Positions 30,701 through 42,969 of a stretch of DNA of 64,000 nt are shown one piece after another (the stretch's first letter is position 1; each line of letters opens with the position of its first letter). The translations under genes and the position numbers were made by a program. Source of the stretch: Auanema rhodensis (Eukaryota; Animalia; Nematoda); the NCBI GenBank assembly GCA_964057225.1, contig OZ059898.1, forward strand, positions 13,330,001-13,394,000. Reading direction: 5' to 3'. A model generated the notes under the pieces. It did not search any database, was not told where the DNA came from, and saw only the letters and a list, made by a program, of their open reading frames with translations.

Positions 30701-33700
30701 ATTGTTCGATTTTGTCAAAGATCATAAACTATAATCAAATGAAAATACTCTGAAGTTGGGTATTCAGATGTGTAGAATCTGAATTTCTTAGTGAGATTTG
30801 GCTGTGACTTTTCAAATTTCCGGAAAAAAGGTTTATATAGGCCTCATCCACAAGATTTGTTCACAAAAAAGTTCAGACTGTAGGCACGTTGTGTCCGGTG
30901 ATTGTTCGATTTTGTCAAAGATCATAAACTATAATCAAATGAAAATACTCTGAGGTTGGGTATTCAGATGTGTAGATTCTGAAATTCTTAGTGAGATTTG
31001 GCTCTGACTTTTCAAATTTCCGGAAAAAAGGTTTATATAGGCCTCATCCACAAGATTTGTTCACAAAAAAGTTCAGACTGTAGGCACGTTGTGTCCGGTG
31101 ATTGTTCGATTTTGTCAAAGATCATAAACTATAATCAAATGAAAATACTCTGAAGTTGGGTATTCAGATGTGTAGAATCTGAATTTCTTAGTGAGATTTG
31201 GCTGTGACTTTTCAAATTTCCGGAAAAAAGGTTTATATAGGCCTCATCCACAAGATTTGTTCACAAAAAAGTTCAGGCTGTAGGCACGTTGTGTCCGGTG
31301 ATTGTTCGATTTTGTCAAAGATCATAAACTATAATCAAATGAAAATACTCTGAAGTTGGGTATTCAGATGTGTAGAATCTGAATTTCTTAGTGAGATTTG
31401 GCTGTGACTTTTCAAATTTCCGGAAAAAAGGTTTATATAGGCCTCATCCACAAGATTTGTTCACAAAAAAGTTCAGGCTGTAGGCACGTTGTGTCCGGTG
31501 ATTGTTCGATTTTGTCAAAGATCATAAACTATAATCAAATGAAAATACTCTGAAGTTGGGTATTCAGATGTGTAGAATCTGAATTTCTTATTGAGATTTG
31601 GCTGTGACTTTTCAAATTTCCGGAAAAAAGGTTTATATAGGCCTCATCCACAAGATTTGTTCACAAAAAAGTTCAGGCTGTAGGCACGTTGTGTCCGGTG
31701 ATTGTTCGATTTTGTCAAAGATCATAAACTATAATCAAATAAAAATACTCTGAGGTTGGGTATTCAGATGTGTAGATTCTGAATTGCTTAGTGAGATTTG
31801 GCTGTGACTTTTCAAATTTCCGGAAAAAAGGTTTATATAGGCCTCATCCACAAGATTTGTTCACAAAAAAGTTCAGGCTGTAGGCACGTTGTGTCCGGTG
31901 ATTGTTCGATTTTGTCAAAGATCATAAACTATAATCAAATAAAAATACTCTGAGGTTGGGTATTCAGATGTGTAGATTCTGAATTGCTTAGTGAGATTTG
32001 GCTGTGACTTTTCAAATTTCCAGAAAAAAGGTTTATATAGGCCCCATCCACAAGATTTGTTCACAAAAAAGTTCAGGCTGTAGGCACGTTGTGTCCGGTG
32101 ATTGTTCGATTTTGTCAAAGATCATAAACTATAATCAAATAAAAATACTCTGAGGTTGGGTATTCAGATGTGTAGATTCTGAATTGCTTAGTGAGATTTG
32201 GCTGTGACTTTTCAAATTTCCGGAAAAAAGGTTTATATAGGCCTCATCCACAAGATTTGTTCACAAAAAAGTTCAGGCTGTAGGCACGTTGTGTCCGGTG
32301 ATTGTTCGATTTTGTCAAAGATCATAAACTATAATCAAATGAAAATACTCTGAGGTTGGGTATTCAGATGTGTAGATTCTGAATTGCTTAGTGAGATTTG
32401 GCTGTGACTTTTCAAATTTCCAGAAAAAAGGTTTATATAGGCCCCATCCACAAGATTTGTTCACAAAAAAGTTCAGGCTGTAGGCACGTTGTGTCCGGTG
32501 ATTGTTCGATTTTGTCAAAGATCATAAACTATAATCAAATAAAAATACTCTGAGGTTGGGTATTCAGATGTGTAGATTCTGAAATTCTTAGTGAGATTTG
32601 GCTGTGACTTTTCAAATTTCCAGAAAAAAGGTTTATATAGGCCTCATCCACAAGATTTGTTCACAAAAAAGTTCAGGCTGTAGGCACGTTGTGTCCGGTG
32701 ATTGTTCGATTTTGTCAAAGATCATAAACTATAATCAAATGAAAATACTCTGAGGTTGGGTATTCAGATGTGTAGATTCTGAAATTCTTAGTGAGATTTG
32801 GCTCTGACTTTTCAAATTTCCGGAAAAAAGGTTTATATAGGCCTCATCCACAAGATTTGTTCACAAAAAAGTTCAGGCTGTAGGCACGTTGTGTCCGGTG
32901 ATTGTTCGATTTTGTCAAAGATCATAAACTATAATCAAATGAAAATACTCTGAAGTTGGGTATTCAGATGTGTAGATTCTGAAATTCTTAGTGAGATTTG
33001 GCTGTGACTTTTCAAATTTCCAGAAAAAAGGTTTATATAGGCCCCATCCACAAGATTTGTTCACAAAAAAGTTCAGGCTGTAGGCACGTTGTGTCCGGTG
33101 ATTGTTCGATTTTGTCAAAGATCATAAACTATAATCAAATGAAAATACTCTGAAGTTGGGTATTCAGATGTGTAGATTCTGAAATTCTTAGTGAGATTTG
33201 GCTGTGACTTTTCAAATTTCCAGAAAAAAGGTTTATATAGGCCCCATCCACAAGATTTGTTCACAAAAAAGTTCAGGCTGTAGGCACGTTGTGTCCGGTG
33301 ATTGTTCGATTTTGTCAAAGATCATAAACTATAATCAAATGAAAATACTCTGAAGTTGGGTATTCAGATGTGTAGATTCTGAAATTCTTAGTGAGATTTG
33401 GCTCTGACTTTTCAAATTTCCGGAAAAAAGGTTTATATAGGCCTCATCCACAAGATTTGTTCACAAAAAAGTTCAGGCTGTAGGCACGTTGTGTCCGGTG
33501 ATTGTTCGATTTTGTCAAAGATCATAAACTATAATCAAATAAAAATACTCTGAGGTTGGGTATTCAGATGTGTAGATTCTGAAATTCTTAGTGAGATTTG
33601 GCTGTGACTTTTCAAATTTCCAGAAAAAAGGTTTATATAGGCCCCATCCACAAGATTTGTTCACAAAAAAGTTCAGGCTGTAGGCACGTTGTGTCCGGTG

Positions 33701-36700
33701 ATTGTTCGATTTTGTCAAAGATCATAAACTATAATCAAATAAAAATACTCTGAGGTTGGGTATTCAGATGTGTAGATTCTGAAATTCTTAGTGAGATTTG
33801 GCTCTGACTTTTCAAATTTCCGGAAAAAAGGTTTATATAGGCCCCATCCACAAGATTTGTTCACAAAAAAGTTCAGGCTGTAGGCACGTTGTGTCCGGTG
33901 ATTGTTCGATTTTGTCAAAGATCATAAACTATAATCAAATAAAAATACTCTGAGGTTGGGTATTCAGATGTGTAGATTCTGAAATTCTTAGTGAGATTTG
34001 GCTCTGACTTTTCAAATTTCCGGAAAAAAGGTTTATATAGGCCTCATCCACAAGATTTGTTCACAAAAAAGTTCAGGCTGTAGGCACGTTGTGTCCGGTG
34101 ATTGTTCGATTTTGTCAAAGATCATAAACTATAATCAAATAAAAATACTCTGAGGTTGGGTATTCAGATGTGTAGATTCTGAAATTCTTAGTGAGATTTG
34201 GCTCTGACTTTTCAAATTTCCGGAAAAAAGGTTTATATAGGCCCCATCCACAAGATTTGTTCACAAAAAAGTTCAGGCTGTAGGCACGTTGTGTCCGGTG
34301 ATTGTTCGATTTTGTCAAAGATCATAAACTATAATCAAATGAAAATATTCTGAGGTTGGGTATTCAGATGTGTAGAATCTGAATTTCTTAGTGAGATTTG
34401 GCTGTGACTTTTCAAATTTCCGGAAAAAAGGTTTATATAGGCCTCATCCACAAGATTTGTTCACAAAAAAGTTCAGGCTGTAGGCACGTTGTGTCCGGTG
34501 ATTGTTCGATTTTGTCAAAGATCATAAACTATAATCAAATGAAAATACTCTGAAGTTGGGTATTCAGATGTGTAGATTCTGAAATTCTTAGTGAGATTTG
34601 GCTGTGACTTTTCAAATTTCCAGAAAAAAGGTTTATATAGGCCCCATCCACAAGATTTGTTCACAAAAAAGTTCAGGCTGTAGGCACGTTGTGTCCGGTG
34701 ATTGTTCGATTTTGTCAAAGATCATAAACTATAATCAAATGAAAATACTCTGAAGTTGGGTATTCAGATGTGTAGATTCTGAAATTCTTAGTGAGATTTG
34801 GCTCTGACTTTTCAAATTTCCGGAAAAAAGGTTTAAATAGGCCTCATCCACAAGATTTGTTCACAAAAAAGTTCAGGCTGTAGGCACGTTGTGTCCGGTG
34901 ATTGTTCGATTTTGTCAAAGATCATAAACTATAATCAAATGAAAATACTCTGAAGTTGGGTATTCAGATGTGTAGATTCTGAAATTCTTAGTGAGATTTG
35001 GCTGTGACTTTTCAAATTTCCAGAAAAAAGGTTTATATAGGCCTCATCCACAAGATTTGTTCACAAAAAAGTTCAGGCTGTAGTCACGTTGTGTCCGGTG
35101 ATTGTTCGATTTTGTCAAAGATCATAAACTATAATCAAAAAAAAATACTCTGAGGTTGGGTATTCAGATGTGTAGATTCTGAAATTCTTAGTGAGATTTG
35201 GCTGTGACTTTTCAAATTTCCAGAAAAAAGGTTTATATAGGCCTCATCCACAAGATTTGTTCACAAAAAAGTTCAGGCTGTAGGCACGTTGTGTCCGGTG
35301 ATTGTTCGATTTTGTCAAAGATCATAAACTATAATCAAAAAAAAATACTCTGAGGTTGGGTATTCAGATGTGTAGATTCTGAAATTCTTAGTGAGATTTG
35401 GCTGTGACTTTTCAAATTTCCAGAAAAAAGGTTTATATAGGCCCCATCCACAAGATTTGTTCACAAAAAAGTTCAGGCTGTAGGCACGTTGTGTCCGGTG
35501 ATTGTTCGATTTTGTCAAAGATCATAAACTATAATCAAAAAAAAATACTCTGAGGTTGGGTATTCAGATGTGTAGATTCTGAAATTCTTAGTGAGATTTG
35601 GCTGTGACTTTTCAAATTTCTAGAAAAAAGGTTTATATAGGCCCCATCCACAAGATTTGTTCACAAAAAAGTTCAGGCTGTAGGCACGTTGTGTCCGGTG
35701 ATTGTTCGATTTTGTCAAAGATCATAAACTATAATCAAATGAAAATACTCTGAGGTTGGGTATTCAGATGTGTAGATTCTGAAATTCTTAGTGAGATTTG
35801 GCTGTGACTTTTCAAATTTCCAGAAAAAAGGTTTATATAGGCCTCATCCACAAGATTTGTTCACAAAAAAGTTCAGGCTGTAGGCACGTTGTGTCCGGTG
35901 ATTGTTCGATTTTGTCAAAGATCATAAACTATAATCAAAAAAAAATACTCTGAGGTTGGGTATTCAGATGTGTAGATTCTGAAATTCTTAGTGAGATTTG
36001 GCTGTGACTTTTCAAATTTCTAGAAAAAAGGTTTATATAGGCCCCATCCACAAGATTTGTTCACAAAAAAGTTCAGGCTGTAGGCACGTTGTGTCCGGTG
36101 ATTGTTCGATTTTGTCAAAGATCATAAACTATAATCAAATGAAAATACTCTGAGGTTGGGTATTCAGATGTGTAGATTCTGAAATTCTTAGTGAGATTTG
36201 GCTGTGACTTTTCAAATTTCCAGAAAAAAGGTTTATATAGGCCTCATCCACAAGATTTGTTCACAAAAAAGTTCAGGCTGTAGGCACGTTGTGTCCGGTG
36301 ATTGTTCGATTTTGTCAAAGATCATAAACTATAATCAAATAAAAATACTCTGAGGTTGGGTATTCAGATGTGTAGATTCTGAAATTCTTAGTGAGATTTG
36401 GCTGTGACTTTTCAAATTTCTAGAAAAAAGGTTTATATAGGCCCCATCCACAAGATTTGTTCACAAAAAAGTTCAGGCTGTAGGCACGTTGTGTCCGGTG
36501 ATTGTTCGATTTTGTCAAAGATCATAAACTATAATCAAATGAAAATACTCTGAGGTTGGGTATTCAGATGTGTAGATTCTGAAATTCTTAGTGAGATTTG
36601 GCTGTGACTTTTCAAATTTCCAGAAAAAAGGTTTATATAGGCCTCATCCACAAGATTTGTTCACAAAAAAGTTCAGGCTGTAGGCACGTTGTGTCCGGTG

Positions 36701-39700
36701 ATTGTTCGATTTTGTCAAAGATCATAAACTATAATCAAATGAAAATACTCTGAAGTTGGGTATTCAGATGTGTAGATTCTGAAATTCTTAGTGAGATTTG
36801 GCTGTGACTTTTCAAATTTCTAGAAAAAAGGTTTATATAGGCCCCATCCACAAGATTTGTTCACAAAAAAGTTCAGGCTGTAGGCACGTTGTGTCCGGTG
36901 ATTGTTCGATTTTGTCAAAGATCATAAACTATAATCAAATAAAAATACTCTGAGGTTGGGTATTCAGATGTGTAGAATCTGAAATTCTTAGTGAGATTTG
37001 GCTGTGACTTTTCAAATTTCTAGAAAAAAGGTTTATATAGGCCCCATCCACAAGATTTGTTCACAAAAAAGTTCAGGCTGTAGGCACGTTGTGTCCGGTG
37101 ATTGTTCGATTTTGTCAAAGATCATAAACTATAATCAAATGAAAATACTCTGAAGTTGGGTATTCAGATGTGTAGATTCTGAAATTCTTAGTGAGATTTG
37201 GCTGTGACTTTTCAAATTTCCAGAAAAAAGGTTTATATAGGCCCCATCCACAAGATTTGTTCACAAAAAAGTTCAGGCTGTAGGCACGTTGTGTCCGGTG
37301 ATTGTTCGATTTTGTCAAAGATCATAAACTATAATCAAATGAAAATACTCTGAAGTTGGGTATTCAGATGTGTAGATTCTGAAATTCTTAGTGAGATTTG
37401 GCTCTGACTTTTCAAATTTCCGGAAAAAAGGTTTAAATAGGCCTCATCCACAAGATTTGTTCACAAAAAAGTTCAGGCTGTAGGCACGTTGTGTCCGGTG
37501 ATTGTTCGATTTTGTCAAAGATCATAAACTATAATCAAATGAAAATACTCTGAAGTTGGGTATTCAGATGTGTAGATTCTGAAATTCTTAGTGAGATTTG
37601 GCTGTGACTTTTCAAATTTCCAGAAAAAAGGTTTATATAGGCCTCATCCACAAGATTTGTTCACAAAAAAGTTCAGGCTGTAGTCACGTTGTGTCCGGTG
37701 ATTGTTCGATTTTGTCAAAGATCATAAACTATAATCAAAAAAAAATACTCTGAGGTTGGGTATTCAGATGTGTAGATTCTGAAATTCTTAGTGAGATTTG
37801 GCTGTGACTTTTCAAATTTCCAGAAAAAAGGTTTATATAGGCCTCATCCACAAGATTTGTTCACAAAAAAGTTCAGGCTGTAGGCACGTTGTGTCCGGTG
37901 ATTGTTCGATTTTGTCAAAGATCATAAACTATAATCAAAAAAAAATACTCTGAGGTTGGGTATTCAGATGTGTAGATTCTGAAATTCTTAGTGAGATTTG
38001 GCTGTGACTTTTCAAATTTCCAGAAAAAAGGTTTATATAGGCCCCATCCACAAGATTTGTTCACAAAAAAGTTCAGGCTGTAGGCACGTTGTGTCCGGTG
38101 ATTGTTCGATTTTGTCAAAGATCATAAACTATAATCAAAAAAAAATACTCTGAGGTTGGGTATTCAGATGTGTAGATTCTGAAATTCTTAGTGAGATTTG
38201 GCTGTGACTTTTCAAATTTCTAGAAAAAAGGTTTATATAGGCCCCATCCACAAGATTTGTTCACAAAAAAGTTCAGGCTGTAGGCACGTTGTGTCCGGTG
38301 ATTGTTCGATTTTGTCAAAGATCATAAACTATAATCAAATGAAAATACTCTGAGGTTGGGTATTCAGATGTGTAGATTCTGAAATTCTTAGTGAGATTTG
38401 GCTGTGACTTTTCAAATTTCCAGAAAAAAGGTTTATATAGGCCTCATCCACAAGATTTGTTCACAAAAAAGTTCAGGCTGTAGGCACGTTGTGTCCGGTG
38501 ATTGTTCGATTTTGTCAAAGATCATAAACTATAATCAAAAAAAAATACTCTGAGGTTGGGTATTCAGATGTGTAGATTCTGAAATTCTTAGTGAGATTTG
38601 GCTGTGACTTTTCAAATTTCTAGAAAAAAGGTTTATATAGGCCCCATCCACAAGATTTGTTCACAAAAAAGTTCAGGCTGTAGGCACGTTGTGTCCGGTG
38701 ATTGTTCGATTTTGTCAAAGATCATAAACTATAATCAAATGAAAATACTCTGAGGTTGGGTATTCAGATGTGTAGATTCTGAAATTCTTAGTGAGATTTG
38801 GCTGTGACTTTTCAAATTTCCAGAAAAAAGGTTTATATAGGCCTCATCCACAAGATTTGTTCACAAAAAAGTTCAGGCTGTAGGCACGTTGTGTCCGGTG
38901 ATTGTTCGATTTTGTCAAAGATCATAAACTATAATCAAATAAAAATACTCTGAGGTTGGGTATTCAGATGTGTAGATTCTGAAATTCTTAGTGAGATTTG
39001 GCTGTGACTTTTCAAATTTCTAGAAAAAAGGTTTATATAGGCCCCATCCACAAGATTTGTTCACAAAAAAGTTCAGGCTGTAGGCACGTTGTGTCCGGTG
39101 ATTGTTCGATTTTGTCAAAGATCATAAACTATAATCAAATGAAAATACTCTGAGGTTGGGTATTCAGATGTGTAGATTCTGAAATTCTTAGTGAGATTTG
39201 GCTGTGACTTTTCAAATTTCCAGAAAAAAGGTTTATATAGGCCTCATCCACAAGATTTGTTCACAAAAAAGTTCAGGCTGTAGGCACGTTGTGTCCGGTG
39301 ATTGTTCGATTTTGTCAAAGATCATAAACTATAATCAAATGAAAATACTCTGAAGTTGGGTATTCAGATGTGTAGATTCTGAAATTCTTAGTGAGATTTG
39401 GCTGTGACTTTTCAAATTTCTAGAAAAAAGGTTTATATAGGCCCCATCCACAAGATTTGTTCACAAAAAAGTTCAGGCTGTAGGCACGTTGTGTCCGGTG
39501 ATTGTTCGATTTTGTCAAAGATCATAAACTATAATCAAATAAAAATACTCTGAGGTTGGGTATTCAGATGTGTAGAATCTGAAATTCTTAGTGAGATTTG
39601 GCTGTGACTTTTCAAATTTCTAGAAAAAAGGTTTATATAGGCCCCATCCACAAGATTTGTTCACAAAAAAGTTCAGGCTGTAGGCACGTTGTGTCCGGTG

Positions 39701-40227
39701 ATTGTTCGATTTTGTCAAAGATCATAAACTATAATCAAATAAAAATACTCTGAGGTTGGGTATTCAGATGTGTAGAATCTGAAATTCTTAGTGAGATTTG
39801 GCTGTGACTTTTCAAATTTCTAGAAAAAAGGTTTATATAGGCCCCATCCACAAGATTTGTTCACAAAAAAGTTCAGGCTGTAGGCACGTTGTGTCCGGTG
39901 ATTGTTCGATTTTGTCAAAGATCATAAACTATAATCAAATGAAAATACTCTGAGGTTGGGTATTCAGATGTGTAGATTCTGAAATTCTTAGTGAGATTTG
40001 GCTGTGACTTTTCAAATTTCCAGAAAAAAGGTTTATATAGGCCTCATCCACAAGATTTGTTCACAAAAAAGTTCAGGCTGTAGGCACGTTGTGTCCGGTG
40101 ATTGTTCGATTTTGTCAAAGATCATAAACTATAATCAAATAAAAATACTCTGAGGTTGGGTATTCAGATGTGTAGATTCTGAATTTCTTAGTGAGATTTG
40201 GCTGTGACTTTTCAATTTTCCGGAAAA
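27796..40227. repeat. Tandem satellite array, 200-bp unit, about 62 copies
   Basis: The unit ATTTGGCTGTGACTTTTCAAATTTCCGGAAAAAAGG...GAAATTCTTAGTGAG recurs with an exact 200-nt period. I saw no indels; variation is limited to about a dozen substitution sites. Confidence 0.99.
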
Positions 40228-40637
40228 CCCGTTTTTTACACGTGGTTACAAACTTCACTGTTTTGACGAAGAACATAAGCTTCAAATAAGTGAGAAGTTT
40301 GAAAGATATAAATAAAATTTATTTTGCAAACACATTAAACCAGTAGCAATTATGTATTAATATGGTGGAGGTGAACAATTTTTACAAATAAGGGATTCCA
40401 GAGAGAATAAGCCTAAGAAGCACCAATATACGAAGGCAATATAGTTTTAAAATGTGAATATGAAATGTCAATGTCAATAAAACGTTAAGAAAATTAAAAA
40501 TGTAATAAAATTAAAATCTGTCGTTTACATCATGAGAAGGATGCCCGTTGTTAAATTGAAGTAAATATGATAGAACTCTGTTTTCTGTTTATTTATAAAG
40601 AGTAACTCTACTACTATCTTATTATGCGAGAAATCCA

Positions 40638-42331
40638 TTACTTACGTAACAACGATCCAAAATCTTTAATCTTATCTGAGAGAGACCTTGTATGTTTTGC
40701 GAATCTGCTCTTCCCTCCATTCAAACGAATAGGGAGAATTACACCATCGCGTATTCCTATGGCTGTTATCACAAGCTGCGAAACGTCAGAAACGGGGTAG
40801 TCCTGAAATATAAAAGCAATTATATTAATATAGAATAGAATGTCAAACCTGAAGCATCTTCAGTGCCTCAGCGAAATCTGTTTTGAGCAAATCAGCGCGT
40901 TTGTGCTCGAGCATTGCTAAGCAAACGTAATGAAGTAAGGAGAATCTGAAAAGAAAGCACCGAAATAGCAGTTATATTTCAGAGACCTTACCTTTTAGGG
41001 TCAGAGAGCAGGCTATCCCAAATTGTAATAACATCGGGTAAACTAAATTCTTGACTTAGCAATAATGAAATCCAGCGAAAGGCATAAAACTGAAATACGA
41101 TAGCATGATATTAAGAAAAAGAATTATCGAAGGCAATACCTGTGGTTTGATCGCTAGATCTTGGACTAAGTGTTTATAAAGAGGTGGATCAAAAGACATA
41201 ACTAAATCGTGGAATTCAAGCATAGATGACTCTATAATTTTAAAAATTATTCGAATCAAGGGAGTAGAAATCTAACCTATTCCACAGCTGCTATCGTCAA
41301 GAGTTTTTATGAAAACATCTTTAATTTCGCTCATTATTTGCTGAAAACAGAAAAAAGAATCTGCTTCTGCATGTTCAGCCCATTCCTCATCAGCATCAGA
41401 TGCCAAACAGAAGTATATGGGTCCAAGAACTTCATTCATTCCCTAAATTCCATGTATTAAGAAAGGCCAATTTGAGAAAACTGATTCATACTTGAACATA
41501 TTTGACTCCTGGGTTTAGTTTTGCATATATAAATAAAATTCTTTCAAGAACCTGCCAGTGAGTTTCAGAAGGATCACCAGAATCACCTTGGCTCAGCTTT
41601 TTAGCCTTAAAGAAGAAGTAAAAAATAAATAGAACTAAAAAAATCTCACTGCTGGTTTATTCTTAGATGGATCACATTCTTGAGACTCAAGGTCAACTCT
41701 TGCAACTCTTGCCGATAAACTGTATTCAGCAGAAGACTTATGCGGATATTTAGTTTTTAATTGGAAGAACTGAATTTCTGGGCATAATCTACGTACGTCC
41801 TTATCAATTTGTGATAAAATCATGTTATCCTCAAAAAAATCAACCCAAGCACTTCCTGTATTTTCTGATAAAGGCTAAAAGAGGAAGTTGATACAAAAAA
41901 CATTCCACAAAAGCATTACGTGATCATCTGTTGGAGCTACAGTACCGGGCTGTACAATCATCTGATCAACTAGGGAATCATAATTATCTCGTTGTAGCTG
42001 AAAATGAGGAATTGTGTATAATGAGCTCAAATGAAGGTAGTACTGTTAGAAACTCTTTCCAAACGCTTCGTTCAGATGGAAGATAATTCAACAATAATCT
42101 CCAAGCTAAAGGTCGCAAAGGTTCAGGAATACCTATATTAGAATTATTGAATCTTCAATCCATCAAATATTACTGCTAAATTACCGTATAAGCATCCTTG
42201 CCTCAGCAGGTTCATATCGATAACTTTATTATCTATTAATAAGACTTTTTCGATAGTGGCCAAGCTGAAGTTTCAACTTAAACAAAAACAAGCTGGATTT
42301 CTACTCACCGTTCTAAGTATCGAGCACTCAT
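40638..42331 (-). CDS. tbc-13: TBC-domain Rab GAP, TBC1D13 type, multi-exon
   Basis: MSARYLER start, LRPLAWRLLLNYLP, DHPLS, R-finger QIDKDVRR, Q-finger YAKLNPGVKYVQGMNE, EADSFFCF and FYAFRWISLLLSQEF. Ends DFGSLLRK*. Confidence 0.9.
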
Positions 42332-42969
42332 ATTTACTGTCTAAATCTAATGTCTCTTTCACAAGTTAGTTCATCTAAAAGAAACTTAAGTTGAAAAGCG
42401 GCAACTACGAAGCATTATAGGTTAAAGTATTAAGTGATAAAAACTTAAAACATGAAAGAAAGGTGAAAAGAAGCTGTTTAATTTTAAAACTTCATTAAAT
42501 AAAACGTTTATAGGATAAATATTAAAAAAAAAAAACAAAGCAACAGAACATCAAAAGAATAATTATTAGAAAAAGAAAAAGTTGCAAAGCACGCGGATTA
42601 CATAAACAATTTTTGTACAAACCAAACTCATAAAGAGAGAGAGATTGTGTGGATTTGTGTGTACAAACGAGAAACTGAAAACGATATACAAACCGATACA
42701 CAAATGAAAAATGAGATAATTGACTATATTGAGGTGGATGACGTCGAAATGGATTTGGGATTGACTAAACTGATTTTTCTTAAGTTTTTCTTAAGTCAAT
42801 ATCACATGAGATTAGAGCTGTAAAAATCCGTAAAACAATGCATAACAAGCAGTATAACCCTTAAAAAGTAAAAAAGCAAGACCATAATACCAATAAATAT
42901 CGTAAAACAATAAGAACATACATATAAATATAATTATAAATATAAAACGACTCTTAAATAAAGTAAAGC

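Noticed and set aside
29315-38118. Repeated 67-aa ORFs (MTKSNNHRTQ...) on the minus strand of the satellite
   Set aside because: They start at TTG, appear only where a TGA happens to be TGG, end within about one unit, and the 200-bp period is not a multiple of three. They are by-products of the repeat.
28621-40023. CGG-to-CAG/TAG variants as a CpG-methylation signature
   Set aside because: Only one of several CpGs in the unit varies, which fits a few mutations spread by homogenisation.
27796-40227. CRISPR array, or tandem 5S/SL/snRNA gene cluster
   Set aside because: Whole units are near-identical with no unique spacers. I found no 5S, SL leader, Sm-site or tRNA motifs.
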